From positions 41,878 through 105,877 of the forward strand of contig CAMJQA010000002.1 of assembly GCA_946407895.1 (NCBI GenBank): DNA of 64,000 nt, written 5' to 3'. Source of the stretch: an uncultured Prevotellaceae bacterium (GTDB lineage: Bacteria > Bacteroidota > Bacteroidia > Bacteroidales > Bacteroidaceae). Both the position numbers and the translations under genes were made by a program. The notes under the pieces were generated by a model. The model saw nothing but the letters and a program-made list of their open reading frames with translations. It did not search any database and was not told the DNA's origin. Positions 54,499 through 64,000 of the stretch are shown piece by piece. How positions within the stretch are numbered: position 1 is the stretch's first letter; every line of letters begins with the position of its first letter.

Positions 54499-54687
54499 AT
54501 CTTGCTAAATTATTATTGTATTTGTTCTTGTACTTGCACTCTCTTTTCCTTTGGATATTGCATATCTTTATCCAATTTTCGCCGCAAAATTACTGCTTTT
54601 AGTGCAAAGAACAAAGATAAGAAGCCAAAAATAAGGAGTATTTGAAAAAAAGTGACCTGAAAAACAAAAGGGATGGCGTTATTTGTG

Positions 54688-54695
54688 TATATTTG
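54688..54695 (+). promoter_or_regulatory. candidate -7 box TATATTTG upstream of the AddA-like gene
   Basis: It matches TAnnTTTG 17 bp before ATG 54712. It lies inside the longer ORF 54673.., which argues for the 54712 start. No spaced -33 TTTG was seen. Confidence 0.35.
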
Positions 54696-54711
54696 CAGAA
54701 AACTACATTCA

Positions 54712-57700
54712 ATGCAGGCCCAATTTATCGTTTACAAAGCTTCAGCCGGGTCGGGTAAGACGTTCAACCTGGCTGCCGAATACATAGCCCTGATGCTGAT
54801 GAAGCAGCAGGACGACGAGTTTCAACACATATTGGCTGTCACCTTCACCAACCTGGCTACCTCGGAGATGAAGGACCGTATACTGGGCTATCTCTATAGC
54901 CTTGCACACCAGCCGGAGGATGAGGTGGACTTCATGAAAAGGGTGATGGAAATAATGAAGAGGAATGGGTACCCAATGGCTGAAGCGGAAATTCAGGAAA
55001 AGGCAGGCAGGTGCCTGATTTCCATACTTCATGACTACAGCAAGTTTCGCATCGAAACCATCGACAGCTTCTTCCAGAGCATACTCCGGAACCTGGCTCA
55101 CGAACTGGGCCTGAATGCCAACCTGCAGGTGGAACTTGACAATGCACAATTGGCCAGCAGGGCCGTTGACCGCGTAATTGAGAACCTGCGCGACGACAAG
55201 GACGACAGGGTAAAGAAGACCATAACCGAAATGATGGAAAACAAGCTGATGGAAGGCAAGTCGTGGGATATACCCAGCACGGTTAAGGCCTTTGCGCAAT
55301 GCATCTTCGACGAAGCGTTCCAGAACCGAAGCGACCCGGAGAGGGAGGCACTCAATGACGGACGGGCCATCACGGACTATGCAAACAGGATACGCCTGGT
55401 GCGCGAAGAGGCCCGCAGGAAAATAGGAGAAGCCGTACAACGCGCCAGGGACAGGATAAACAGCCAGACTCTGAACTTCGAACGTATCAGCAACGGGCGC
55501 TACTATAATGCCTTCTTGGAGAAAATGGAGGCATGCACCCTTGATGGAGCCAGCGCCACCGTCCAAAAGGCCATGGAGGAAGACTGCAATGTGATGCTGC
55601 GCAGCCCTGACCGCGGCAACGCCATGCTCGAGGCAGAGGCCTATAATACGGCAAGGGTGCTGTCCGACACGCATAGCCTTTATAAACGCCAATACCAAGT
55701 CGTCAATACAGCCGACATTGCCCTGAAATACATTCGCGAGCTTAGCCTGCTGGGCCATATTGAGCATACGGTAGAAGAAATCTGCGAGGAGAACGGCCAG
55801 TTCAGCCTGAGCAAGACGCCCTCGCTGCTGAAGCAGCTTATCGGACATGAAGACGCTCCCTTCGTATTCGAGAAGGCCGGCACCCTGTTCAGGCATGTCA
55901 TGATAGACGAATTCCAGGACACCAGCCTCATGCAGTGGCAGAACTTCCGCGTGCTCCTGCTCGACAACCTGGCATCTGGGGGGCAAGACATGCTGGTGGG
56001 CGACGTCAAGCAGAGCATCTACCGCTGGCGAAACGGCGACTGGCGAATACTGCATGACATAGAGCACACCGGAGGGTTCCCCGTAAGCCCGCAGGTGATA
56101 CCCCTGAGCATCAACCGGCGAAGCAGGCAGAACATCGTATCCTTCAATAATGCCTTCTTCAGCGATGCAGCCGCCATTCTCGACGCTTTAGGCACTAACG
56201 CATACAAGATTGGCGGCATATACGGCGACGTTAAGCAAGAGTCTATGCCCGATTCGGAAGGCGGATATGTCAGGGTGCGCCTGCACAGGGGCATGAAGAA
56301 GAGCGATGAGGAATACCAAACGATGGTTGCCCAGGATATGATCGGGCAGATTCGTGCCTTGCAGGATACGGGAGTAGGCCAGCAGGACATTGCCATTCTG
56401 GTGAGGACGCATGATGACAGCGATGTGCTGATAGACCAGTTCAGCCAGCAGGCTCCGGATATCACCCTCGTCAGCGATGAAGCTTTCCGCCTGGAATCAA
56501 GCATAGACGTGCAGATGATAATATGCGCATTGCGGGTGCTGGGCAACGCGCAGCAGCCCGACAAGCTGGCCATGCGATACCTATGCCTGCACTATGCAGG
56601 TGCACGAAAGGAACTGAGCCCCAAGGCAAACCCCTTCACCGGAAATGAGGCAGACCTGCTACCCGAGGCTTTTGTCGGGCACCTCGACGAACTGTCTGCC
56701 CAACCACTTTACCTGCTTTGCGAACACCTGCATCGCATATTTGAACTGGGTTCGGGCAACGGGCAAGACGCATACCTGATGGCATTCTTCGACGAGCTGC
56801 AGGCCTGCATCCAGTCCGGCATTTCGGATATTCAGGGCTTCCTGAATGCCTGGGACGAGAAGATACACAAACATGCCATCCCCAGCGGAAACATCCAAGG
56901 CGTACGCATCCTCACCATACACAAGTCAAAAGGCCTGCAGTTCCATTCTGTGCTGGTTCCTGCTACGCACTGGCAAATAGAAAAAGACATGCGCGGCGAC
57001 AAGATGTGGTGCCGCACGGATAACGAAGCGTTCGACACGCTGGGCGAACTGCGCGTCGACATGAACTCACGCCTCGGTAAATCGTTTTACGATGCATCAT
57101 ACAAGGAAGAGCACTTCCAACGCCGGGTAGATGCCATCAACCTACTCTACGTGGCCTTCACCAGGGCCGAGAAGAACCTCATGATCTGGGGGCTTACTGA
57201 GCTCGATGATAAAGGAAAGGAAGAAGGAAAGGCAAAGGGAAAAAACAAGGACGGCAAAGATGATGTGCGTCCGGCACTTTCGGGCGACCTCCTTGCCCTA
57301 TTTCTGAAAAAACCGCCCTTCGGCAGTGTGGAGAACCAGGAAGACAGCCTGACCTATTCCTATGGAGCAATGGTCGGCCCCGACAAGAAGAAGCATCAAT
57401 CAACGCGTCGCATGTCAACAGGCGGCGACCCCCTGATTATGCAAATGACATCCCATGCCCCCAGTCTTAACTTCCGACAAAGCAATGAGAGCCTGAAATT
57501 CATCCGCAGCCTTGATTCGGAACAGGAGGCTCCGCAGAGTTATACGGATATAGGCAAACAGATGCATTACGTACTGAGCCAGATCAGAACGGTTGATGAT
57601 GTGCCCCTGGTGTTGGAGCGGTGCCGGGCCGCAGGCATCATAGAGGATGAAACTCGCCTGCAGACCATAATATCGAAATTGAATAAAGGCTTCAGTAATA

Positions 57701-58011
57701 AGTTGATAAACTCTTGGTTCTCAAATGATATTGAATACGAGAATGAGCGCAATATCATTGGTAGAAGCCGCTTCCAACCGCATCAGTCAGTTCACCGGCC
57801 CGACCGTGTCGTCATCCGTGGCAACACCATTACGGTTATCGACTATAAGTTCGCGCACCCTGATGCAGAGCAGGAAGCCGAGTACGAGAATCAGGTGCGG
57901 GCATATATGGATCTGTTGCAGCGTATGCATCCCCAATGTGAGGTGTTTGGCTATTTATGGTACGTCTATAGCATCCGCCTGAAGCAGGTATTCCTCAAAA
58001 TGACCAGATGA
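54712..58011 (+). CDS. AddA-like UvrD-family helicase with C-terminal PD-(D/E)XK nuclease
   Basis: Walker A is ASAGSGKT. VMIDEFQDTS is the DExx motif. The C-terminal nuclease motif is DRVV...VIDYKF. Confidence 0.85.
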   Translation: MQAQFIVYKASAGSGKTFNLAAEYIALMLMKQQDDEFQHILAVTFTNLATSEMKDRILGYLYSLAHQPEDEVDFMKRVMEIMKRNGYPMAEAEIQEKAGRCLISILHDYSKFRIETIDSFFQSILRNLAHELGLNANLQVELDNAQLASRAVDRVIENLRDDKDDRVKKTITEMMENKLMEGKSWDIPSTVKAFAQCIFDEAFQNRSDPEREALNDGRAITDYANRIRLVREEARRKIGEAVQRARDRINSQTLNFERISNGRYYNAFLEKMEACTLDGASATVQKAMEEDCNVMLRSPDRGNAMLEAEAYNTARVLSDTHSLYKRQYQVVNTADIALKYIRELSLLGHIEHTVEEICEENGQFSLSKTPSLLKQLIGHEDAPFVFEKAGTLFRHVMIDEFQDTSLMQWQNFRVLLLDNLASGGQDMLVGDVKQSIYRWRNGDWRILHDIEHTGGFPVSPQVIPLSINRRSRQNIVSFNNAFFSDAAAILDALGTNAYKIGGIYGDVKQESMPDSEGGYVRVRLHRGMKKSDEEYQTMVAQDMIGQIRALQDTGVGQQDIAILVRTHDDSDVLIDQFSQQAPDITLVSDEAFRLESSIDVQMIICALRVLGNAQQPDKLAMRYLCLHYAGARKELSPKANPFTGNEADLLPEAFVGHLDELSAQPLYLLCEHLHRIFELGSGNGQDAYLMAFFDELQACIQSGISDIQGFLNAWDEKIHKHAIPSGNIQGVRILTIHKSKGLQFHSVLVPATHWQIEKDMRGDKMWCRTDNEAFDTLGELRVDMNSRLGKSFYDASYKEEHFQRRVDAINLLYVAFTRAEKNLMIWGLTELDDKGKEEGKAKGKNKDGKDDVRPALSGDLLALFLKKPPFGSVENQEDSLTYSYGAMVGPDKKKHQSTRRMSTGGDPLIMQMTSHAPSLNFRQSNESLKFIRSLDSEQEAPQSYTDIGKQMHYVLSQIRTVDDVPLVLERCRAAGIIEDETRLQTIISKLNKGFSNKLINSWFSNDIEYENERNIIGRSRFQPHQSVHRPDRVVIRGNTITVIDYKFAHPDAEQEAEYENQVRAYMDLLQRMHPQCEVFGYLWYVYSIRLKQVFLKMTR

Positions 58012-58075
58012 TTTGCTTCTGTATTGAGTTAGAAAAATTATTTCAAAATCCCAATTAATCCTATATAAGATAACC

Positions 58076-61039
58076 GTGACCTCATTCCTATCTATCGTAG
58101 CCGAAGACATGCTCCGAGAATACGGGCCCGACATGCGAGACGTAACCGTGGTATTCCCCAGCCAGCGGGCAGGGCTTTTCCTGAGCCAGGAACTGGCAGC
58201 GCAGTCTGAACAGCCCGTGTGGGCTCCCCGCTACATCACCATGAGCAATCTCTTCCAGAGCCTCTCCCACCTTACCGTTGCTGACCCCATAGACTGTATT
58301 TGCCTGCTGCACCAACTCTACTTGAAATATGTGGGCGAACACATCCTGCAGCAAGAGGGGCCCGATGCACTTGCCCGCGAAACCCTCGACCGCTTTTGGG
58401 GCTGGGGAGAGATACTGATGGCTGATTTCGACGACATAGACAAGCACTTGGCCGATGCCGATAAAGTCTTCCGCCACATTCACGACCTAACCGAACTGCA
58501 AGACCTTAGCTATCTCGATGAGGAGCAGCGGCGTGCCCTGGTGCGCTTTTTCGGCTATTTTTCCTCGGGGAAAGACTCATTGTTGCGCCAGCGTTTCATC
58601 CGGCTATGGGATCAGATGTATCAGATGTACACGGCCCTGCATGATGAACTCCTTTCACGCGGACAGCTCTGGGAGGGCGCTTTGCAGCGCGAGGTGTGCA
58701 CACAGATCAGTGCCACCCCCGAATTGTTAGACGCCTATCCACATATATGCTTTGTGGGATTCAGCGTACTTAACGATACAGAGGAATGCCTGATGAAGGC
58801 CCTGGGAGACCGTGCACGTTTCTACTGGGATTATGATGAATTCTACACGCGCGACGAAAGGCACGAGGCAGGCGAGTTCATGCGTCGCAACCTGCGCCGC
58901 TTCCCCAGTGCACTGCCACCCGAGATGTTCCGCAATCTAAGCCATTTACGTGAGATAACCTATATTTCCTGTACTACAGACAATGCTGTTGCACGCTATG
59001 TTACGAACTGGCTCCAGGAGCCCCTTGATGCCTGCCTGCCCAAGAATGCAGCAGTGCTTTGCAATGAGAATCTACTGCTGCCAGTCCTACATGCAATCCC
59101 TGAAGCCGGGAAACCTGGTTCGCCATCTGCCATTAACGTAACAATGGGCTTCCCCCTCAACCAGACGCCCATTTACAGTTTCCTTCTTGCCTTGTTTGCC
59201 ATGCAGGTCGAGGGATGGGATGGACGCAGGCAACGCTTCCGGCCAGCTTTCCTGCAGCCCGTTCAGAGTCACCCTTATGCGGCGTATGTTAATCAAGACC
59301 GTCTTATGGGGCATGTCAACCTGGAGCTTTCCAGCCTGTTCACTTGGCTTGACGATATGGTGCAAGAGGTCGGTCTGCACTTTTCACGACTCAGTACTCC
59401 AGACATCTATGACCAACTCACCGCCGAATCGGTCTTTCAGGTTCATCGTGTGCTGATGCGCCTCCTGCAGATGGTTACGCGGCCCCAGAATCCCTTATCG
59501 GCCGAGCTCACCACAATGCGCAAGCTCCTTCGTACGCTGCTTGCCGCCGTACGTATCCCATTCCATGGGGAACCAGCCGACGGACTTCAGCTTATGGGCG
59601 TTCTCGAGACCCGCTGCCTTGACTTCAGCCATCTGCTTCTCCTCTCCGTTGAAGAGGGCTGCCTGCCACGCACCTCCAGCCAGGACAGCCTCATTCCGCC
59701 AGTAATCCGCGAGAGCTACGGCCTCACCACACCACGCCACCGAATAAGTATCTATGCCTATTACTTTTATCGCCTTATACAACGTGCCGAGCATATCACC
59801 TGCGTTTTCAACGAAAACTGTGTGGGCATACAAAGGCATGAGATATCACGTTTCCTGCGACAGCTGCAGGCTGAGTTTACACCGCAGCAGCTAACTATCC
59901 GACAACTGCGCCTTCAAAGCCTGCCGCAAATAGTCCGGCCGTCGGAAATATGCATTCCGGCCTCAAGTCAGATCATCGAACACCTGAAGGCCACTTATTG
60001 CCAGAGCCAGGCTGTTCCGAACCCGTCGAGGCTCAGCCCAACAGCCCTCAATCGTTATATGCGGTGCCCTCTGCAGTTCTATTTCCGATACGTGGCAGAC
60101 TTGCAAGCCACGCAAGAGGAGAGCGACGAGGTCGATGCTTCCCAACTGGGCAACGTTTTTCATGATACAGCTGAGATTATATACAAAGACCTCATCCGAC
60201 GGCACGACGGAGAGCAAACGGTACAACAGGAATGGCTGAGTCCGTTGCTGGCTCCTGAATCGGCCATGCTGCGCCAATACGTTGACATTGCTTTCGAACT
60301 AAATGTCTTCCACCCCTTAAAGAACTTAAGCGGACGTCTCTACGACCAGGAACGTGAACGGCGCATTGCACAGATGCTGCAACCCGATGGCGCACCCAAA
60401 TGCGAGTACATCGGTCAGGCTATCATAATACGCGATGTCGTGTTACAGTATCTAAGGGCGCTGCTGCGCTATGACATGCACCGCGCTCCCTTTACTCTTC
60501 TAGGTATGGAACAAGACTGCAACCTATACTTGCAGGTGGACCGACCCAAGGATGAGCCTATCATCGTACGCCTTGGAGGGCGCATAGACCGCTTAGACCA
60601 AGACCGCGACGGCACGACTCGCATACTTGACTACAAGACGGGGAAAACGCACCTCGTCAGCCCAACGATTGATCAGCTCTTTGTACGAGGTGAGGCCCAT
60701 CCCGACCACTTCTTCCAAACGTTCGTATATGCACTTGCCTGCAGGCAATCTCTCATGCAATGCCGGAATAATCCCCTCCACGCCGCACTCTTCTATGTAA
60801 GGGAGGCTCACCGGCCTGACTATGACCCTACCCTCTTCTTCAGGCAGAGTGAGGATAAGTCCGCTGAGAGCGAATCTGATTTCCGGCAAGTGGAAGACCG
60901 ATTTCGTCAGGAGCTTTGCCACGTTGTTGCAGAGATATTCAACCCCGCTATTCCTTTCAGTCAAACGGCTGACATACGTGTCTGCACCAATTGCGACTAT
61001 CACCTGCTCTGTGGCCGTCAAGTCAAAACGCCAAGTTAG
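58076..61039 (+). CDS. AddB-like PD-(D/E)XK nuclease family protein with Fe-S cysteine cluster
   Basis: The GTG start gives MTSFLSIVAEDML, in line with the N-terminal length I recall for homologs. The nuclease motif is RIDRLD...ILDYKTGK. The Cys pattern is RCPLQF ... CTNCDYHLLC (C...CxxCx5C). Confidence 0.8.
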   Translation: MTSFLSIVAEDMLREYGPDMRDVTVVFPSQRAGLFLSQELAAQSEQPVWAPRYITMSNLFQSLSHLTVADPIDCICLLHQLYLKYVGEHILQQEGPDALARETLDRFWGWGEILMADFDDIDKHLADADKVFRHIHDLTELQDLSYLDEEQRRALVRFFGYFSSGKDSLLRQRFIRLWDQMYQMYTALHDELLSRGQLWEGALQREVCTQISATPELLDAYPHICFVGFSVLNDTEECLMKALGDRARFYWDYDEFYTRDERHEAGEFMRRNLRRFPSALPPEMFRNLSHLREITYISCTTDNAVARYVTNWLQEPLDACLPKNAAVLCNENLLLPVLHAIPEAGKPGSPSAINVTMGFPLNQTPIYSFLLALFAMQVEGWDGRRQRFRPAFLQPVQSHPYAAYVNQDRLMGHVNLELSSLFTWLDDMVQEVGLHFSRLSTPDIYDQLTAESVFQVHRVLMRLLQMVTRPQNPLSAELTTMRKLLRTLLAAVRIPFHGEPADGLQLMGVLETRCLDFSHLLLLSVEEGCLPRTSSQDSLIPPVIRESYGLTTPRHRISIYAYYFYRLIQRAEHITCVFNENCVGIQRHEISRFLRQLQAEFTPQQLTIRQLRLQSLPQIVRPSEICIPASSQIIEHLKATYCQSQAVPNPSRLSPTALNRYMRCPLQFYFRYVADLQATQEESDEVDASQLGNVFHDTAEIIYKDLIRRHDGEQTVQQEWLSPLLAPESAMLRQYVDIAFELNVFHPLKNLSGRLYDQERERRIAQMLQPDGAPKCEYIGQAIIIRDVVLQYLRALLRYDMHRAPFTLLGMEQDCNLYLQVDRPKDEPIIVRLGGRIDRLDQDRDGTTRILDYKTGKTHLVSPTIDQLFVRGEAHPDHFFQTFVYALACRQSLMQCRNNPLHAALFYVREAHRPDYDPTLFFRQSEDKSAESESDFRQVEDRFRQELCHVVAEIFNPAIPFSQTADIRVCTNCDYHLLCGRQVKTPS

Positions 61040-61060
61040 CCATAAAAAAACAGCCAAAAA

Positions 61061-61092
61061 TTTGCATTTTACCCCATAAAGCCGTAAATTTG
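61061..61092 (+). promoter_or_regulatory. Bacteroidetes sigma-A type promoter for tRNA-Arg
   Basis: TTTG (61061-61064), a 20-bp spacer, then TAAATTTG (61085-61092). It lies 43 bp before the tRNA. Confidence 0.55.
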
Positions 61093-61134
61093 CAGCCGTT
61101 TTTTGCAGCTACCTTAGCTGTGCAAGTTGAGGAT

Positions 61135-61209
61135 GGTTCGGTAGCTCAGTTGGATTAGAGCAGCAGCCTTCTAAGCTGCGGGTCAAGGGTTCGAGCCCCT
61201 TCCGAATCA
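61135..61209 (+). tRNA. tRNA-Arg (anticodon TCT)
   Basis: Folded by hand. The acceptor is GGTTCGG/CCGAATC, the anticodon arm is GCAGC-CTTCTAA-GCTGC and the T-arm is AAGGG-TTCGAGC-CCCTT. Confidence 0.9.
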
Positions 61210-61254
61210 CTTAATTCAGGGACATATATTGTTATGTATATAATAGTTATGCCT

Positions 61255-61292
61255 AAAATGAAGAAAAAGGAGGATTATTCCCCCTTTTTCTT
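61255..61292 (-). terminator. intrinsic terminator overlapping the stop codon of the secreted Gfo/Idh/MocA gene
   Basis: The minus-strand hairpin is AAGAAAAAGGGGG-AATAAT-CCTCCTTTTTCTT (one mismatch), followed by CATTTTAGG. Confidence 0.6.
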
Positions 61293-62396
61293 GTTTATAT
61301 GGCGAACGTCAGAGAAGCGTACTGGCTTTCCCGTCTTAGCGCTCCTACGTGCTGCATCCAGTATGCGGACAACCATCAGATTGTTTTCGAGCGAACTCAA
61401 GTCGTAAGGCGGCAGGATTATTTCGTTCCTGACCACGGCACGCAGGAAACGGAAAGAGTCATCGTAGGGAGCCTCTAAACGGGGAGCTTCGAACCGGCCG
61501 CTATGATGACGGTCTATGAAGGTTTCCATCTGATTGGGCGTGAGTTGAAAGATACTTCCCCTAAGGCCATAGATATACATGTCCTTGCGACTCTGGGGCC
61601 AGCACCAAGAGGCCATTATCTGAACGGTGGTGCCGGGATATTGCACCACAATTGTAGCATCGTCATCAACCTTAGGATAGACATCGGGTTTCTTATGCTG
61701 CAACACGGCATATACGCTGAGCGGTTCCTGGCCATTTAACAGCCACGTAGCCAGGTTTGCGCCATAGCAGCCAAAGTCCACCACCGCACCGCCTCCGTTA
61801 AGTACAGGGTCGGTAAGCCACTCCAGGAACATCGGGCCGCAACCTATTTCCTTGGGCCCCTCATGCCCGTCGTAGATATTAATGCGTACCAGCTCCCCAA
61901 TGCTGCCTTTATCAATGAGGCTGCGGGCATGTTGGTTGGTGCTGTACCAGGTGGTTTCGTAGTTGGTGAGCACCTTGATGCCATAGCGCTCAGCCAGCTG
62001 GGCCATACGATGTGCAGCCTTAAAAGTGGTAGCCAGTGGCTTCTCCACCATAACATGAATATGGCGGGGTGCACAGGCCTCCACTACACTCAAGTGATCG
62101 TATATGCTGCCATAGGCTACTACGGCTTCAGGTCTCGTCTCGTCAAGCATCTGTCCAAGGTCGGCATAGAAGAGATTCTCCGGCAGGCGTCCGGTGAGTT
62201 CATTCCGCTTACGGTAAGTATCATTGGGCTCGGCAACTCCAACAATCTGAAAGTCACCTCGGTTCATATGGCGCACTACCTCGCCAAGATGCCCGTGAGT
62301 AATACCTGCCACCGCCAGACGAAGAGGCTCATCATTAGCAGCAAAAGCGTGTACAGCTGTCAGTAGTGCGACAAGGAAAAAAATGATTCGTCTCAT
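61275..62396 (-). CDS. secreted Gfo/Idh/MocA family oxidoreductase
   Basis: The signal peptide is MRRIIFFLVALLTAVHAFA. The Rossmann region is LRLAVAGITHGH. EKP (MVEKPLA) is present. It lies 18 bp downstream of the FAD oxidoreductase gene. Confidence 0.8.
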   Translation of the reverse strand: MRRIIFFLVALLTAVHAFAANDEPLRLAVAGITHGHLGEVVRHMNRGDFQIVGVAEPNDTYRKRNELTGRLPENLFYADLGQMLDETRPEAVVAYGSIYDHLSVVEACAPRHIHVMVEKPLATTFKAAHRMAQLAERYGIKVLTNYETTWYSTNQHARSLIDKGSIGELVRINIYDGHEGPKEIGCGPMFLEWLTDPVLNGGGAVVDFGCYGANLATWLLNGQEPLSVYAVLQHKKPDVYPKVDDDATIVVQYPGTTVQIMASWCWPQSRKDMYIYGLRGSIFQLTPNQMETFIDRHHSGRFEAPRLEAPYDDSFRFLRAVVRNEIILPPYDLSSLENNLMVVRILDAARRSAKTGKPVRFSDVRHINKKKGE

Positions 62397-62414
62397 TTGT
62401 TTATTGAAAGGAGA

Positions 62415-64000
62415 TTATTTCTTCTGCATCAATTTCTTCAGTTCTGGCAGATGGTCGGTATAGACAGCGCGCGGCAGGATGCCGTGTTGTCGGCAGATGT
62501 CGGCTGCCATGCCGACGACTTCGCCCATCATACCGCCAGTGCGCATGACGCGAACCGTTCCCAGGGCTATGTGCGTAACACTGATGTTTCTGCCTGCCAT
62601 AAACAGGTTATCGACGTTGCGGGAATACAGGCAGCGATATGGAACGGCGTATGGAGAGATGGGTGTCGTCTGGCTGTAGGCTGTGAATGGCGCCTCGTCA
62701 AGTCCCGGTATATGTTCGGGATAATGCAGGTCTATGCCCCAGGTGGTTGTGAAGGAGGCATCATCGTATGCCACATGGTTTATGATGTCCTGTTCAGTGA
62801 GAACGATATCGCCCATTAGGCGGCGCGACTCCCTCTTGCCGCCAATGAATGCCACCCATGCCAGGCGTTTGTTGCGATAGCTTAGGCTGTCTCGGTGGTG
62901 GTTCTTAAGGTAGGCCCAGTTGCCATAGACGGCTCGCAGGGCATGATCGCGTATCTGCTCTATGTCGGCAATCTGGTCGAGGTCGAGGCCGGCTTCCCAT
63001 TGCCAGTCTCCGCGCAGTATGGGGAAGCATGTGGAGTCGTTGAACTGGATGGCCCATGGACATTCGGGGAAGGGTTGCGCCGCGGGAGTGTCTTCGGAAT
63101 ACCATTGCACCGAGGTGCCCATCGTGAGTTGGTCGGCCTCTTCGGGCGCGCTGGGTTCGTGGGTCTCGGCCTTGCTTTCCCTTCCCATGCGGTAGTCTGC
63201 GCCGGCCAGATAGCCCAGGTTGCCATCTCCTGTGCAGTCGGCAAAGACGTGGGCGCTGAAGATGCTTTCTGTGCCGTCCGCTATGTTCTTCCCGACGACG
63301 GAGCGAATGTTTTTCCCCTGCATCTTTACGCTGACGACCTCGGTGTTAAGGAATAGTGATATATTGGGCTCGTTCTGGATGAGGCGGAGCTTCTTCTCGT
63401 CCTCGTAGTTACTGGCCGGGCCGGCGTTGTGCTGCATTTTCTCGGGGTGCTGACGCAGGATGCTGAGGATGCGCTTGCTTCGTTCGGATGCGGTGTCTTG
63501 CTGGGCTTCGTAGTTATTCCAGAAACCTACGCCTCCCAGCTCGTCCATCAGTTCGCCAAGATGTGGATAGGGCTGTTGGCGGATGAGGCCAGAGAGGCCG
63601 ACTCTTACTTCGGAACTGTTGTTTCCCCCCAGGACGGGGCGGTTCTGTATGAGGGCCACCTTGCATCCCAGCCGGGCAGCTGTAACGGCTGCACAGCAGC
63701 CTGCGATGCCGCCGCCAACGACAACAAGGTCGAATGCCCCTTGGTCTTTCACATCGGGAAGGTCGAGAAGCTTTCGGCGGTGGTGTGAGTCGATGTCGGG
63801 GGGAGCGGCATTCAATCTTGGGGTGAGGTAGATGGCGTCGCAGCGGCCGTCGAACCCTGTCAGGTCGTGAAGGGCCAGGGTGTTCTGGCCTTTATGGAGT
63901 TGAACGACGCCTCCGTCTTGCCAGCCCCATGAAGCACTCTTCGTGCCGAATATGGTGTCGGTCTGATGCTGATTTATTAGTATCTTGAACCTGCCGGGGG
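62415..64000 (-). CDS. FAD-dependent oxidoreductase (paralog of 29736..31616); 5' end outside window
   Basis: The dinucleotide fold is VVVGGGIAGCCAAVTAARLG...GGNNSSE. The frame stays open upstream of the listed M (63815) to the window edge. There it encodes GQNTLALHDLTGFDGRCDAIYLT, which aligns with ATIALHDLTGFDGRCDAIYFT of the paralog. Confidence 0.85.
   Translation of the reverse strand, partial: PGRFKILINQHQTDTIFGTKSASWGWQDGGVVQLHKGQNTLALHDLTGFDGRCDAIYLTPRLNAAPPDIDSHHRRKLLDLPDVKDQGAFDLVVVGGGIAGCCAAVTAARLGCKVALIQNRPVLGGNNSSEVRVGLSGLIRQQPYPHLGELMDELGGVGFWNNYEAQQDTASERSKRILSILRQHPEKMQHNAGPASNYEDEKKLRLIQNEPNISLFLNTEVVSVKMQGKNIRSVVGKNIADGTESIFSAHVFADCTGDGNLGYLAGADYRMGRESKAETHEPSAPEEADQLTMGTSVQWYSEDTPAAQPFPECPWAIQFNDSTCFPILRGDWQWEAGLDLDQIADIEQIRDHALRAVYGNWAYLKNHHRDSLSYRNKRLAWVAFIGGKRESRRLMGDIVLTEQDIINHVAYDDASFTTTWGIDLHYPEHIPGLDEAPFTAYSQTTPISPYAVPYRCLYSRNVDNLFMAGRNISVTHIALGTVRVMRTGGMMGEVVGMAADICRQHGILPRAVYTDHLPELKKLMQKK

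Overview
This is a gene-dense chromosomal segment from a Bacteroidales bacterium. The assignment rests on TTTG-N19/20-TAnnTTTG promoters, T9SS C-terminal sorting tails, and DUF4270/DUF4494/DUF4836-type families. I support 46 CDS (two run off the window ends) and two tRNA genes, tRNA-Ala(GGC) and tRNA-Arg(UCU). Most genes are housekeeping: rlmI, nupG, rsmE, panC/panD/panB, pfp, rho, lon, tgt, lptF/G, miaA, a DEAD-box helicase, an ABC-F ATPase, an AddAB-like helicase-nuclease pair and the YgiQ radical SAM protein. A few envelope or glycan-related accessory genes are interspersed:
- two tandem M6 metalloproteases with T9SS tails
- two membrane-anchored GH25 muramidases
- a heparinase II/III-like protein
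- a GH88-DUF2264 fusion
- two FAD-oxidoreductase paralogs, one paired with a secreted Gfo/Idh/MocA enzyme

I see no transposase, integrase, phage, CRISPR, toxin-antitoxin or recognisable defence genes, and I cannot honestly name a convincing new multi-gene system. The features least explained by ordinary annotation are:
1. Short perfect tandem repeats (units of 6-23 bp, each with a different sequence) fill many intergenic spacers. They include a 365-bp gene-free convergent spacer and a composite GC-box plus GAACTTT-repeat element present at two loci.
2. Base composition is mosaic across core genes.
3. GH88 and DUF2264 are fused in one protein.
4. miaA has conserved N-terminal coding sequence but no ATG.
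5. A tight seven-gene operon consists mostly of uncharacterised families around YgiQ.

All protein calls rest on motif recognition by eye, not on database searches.
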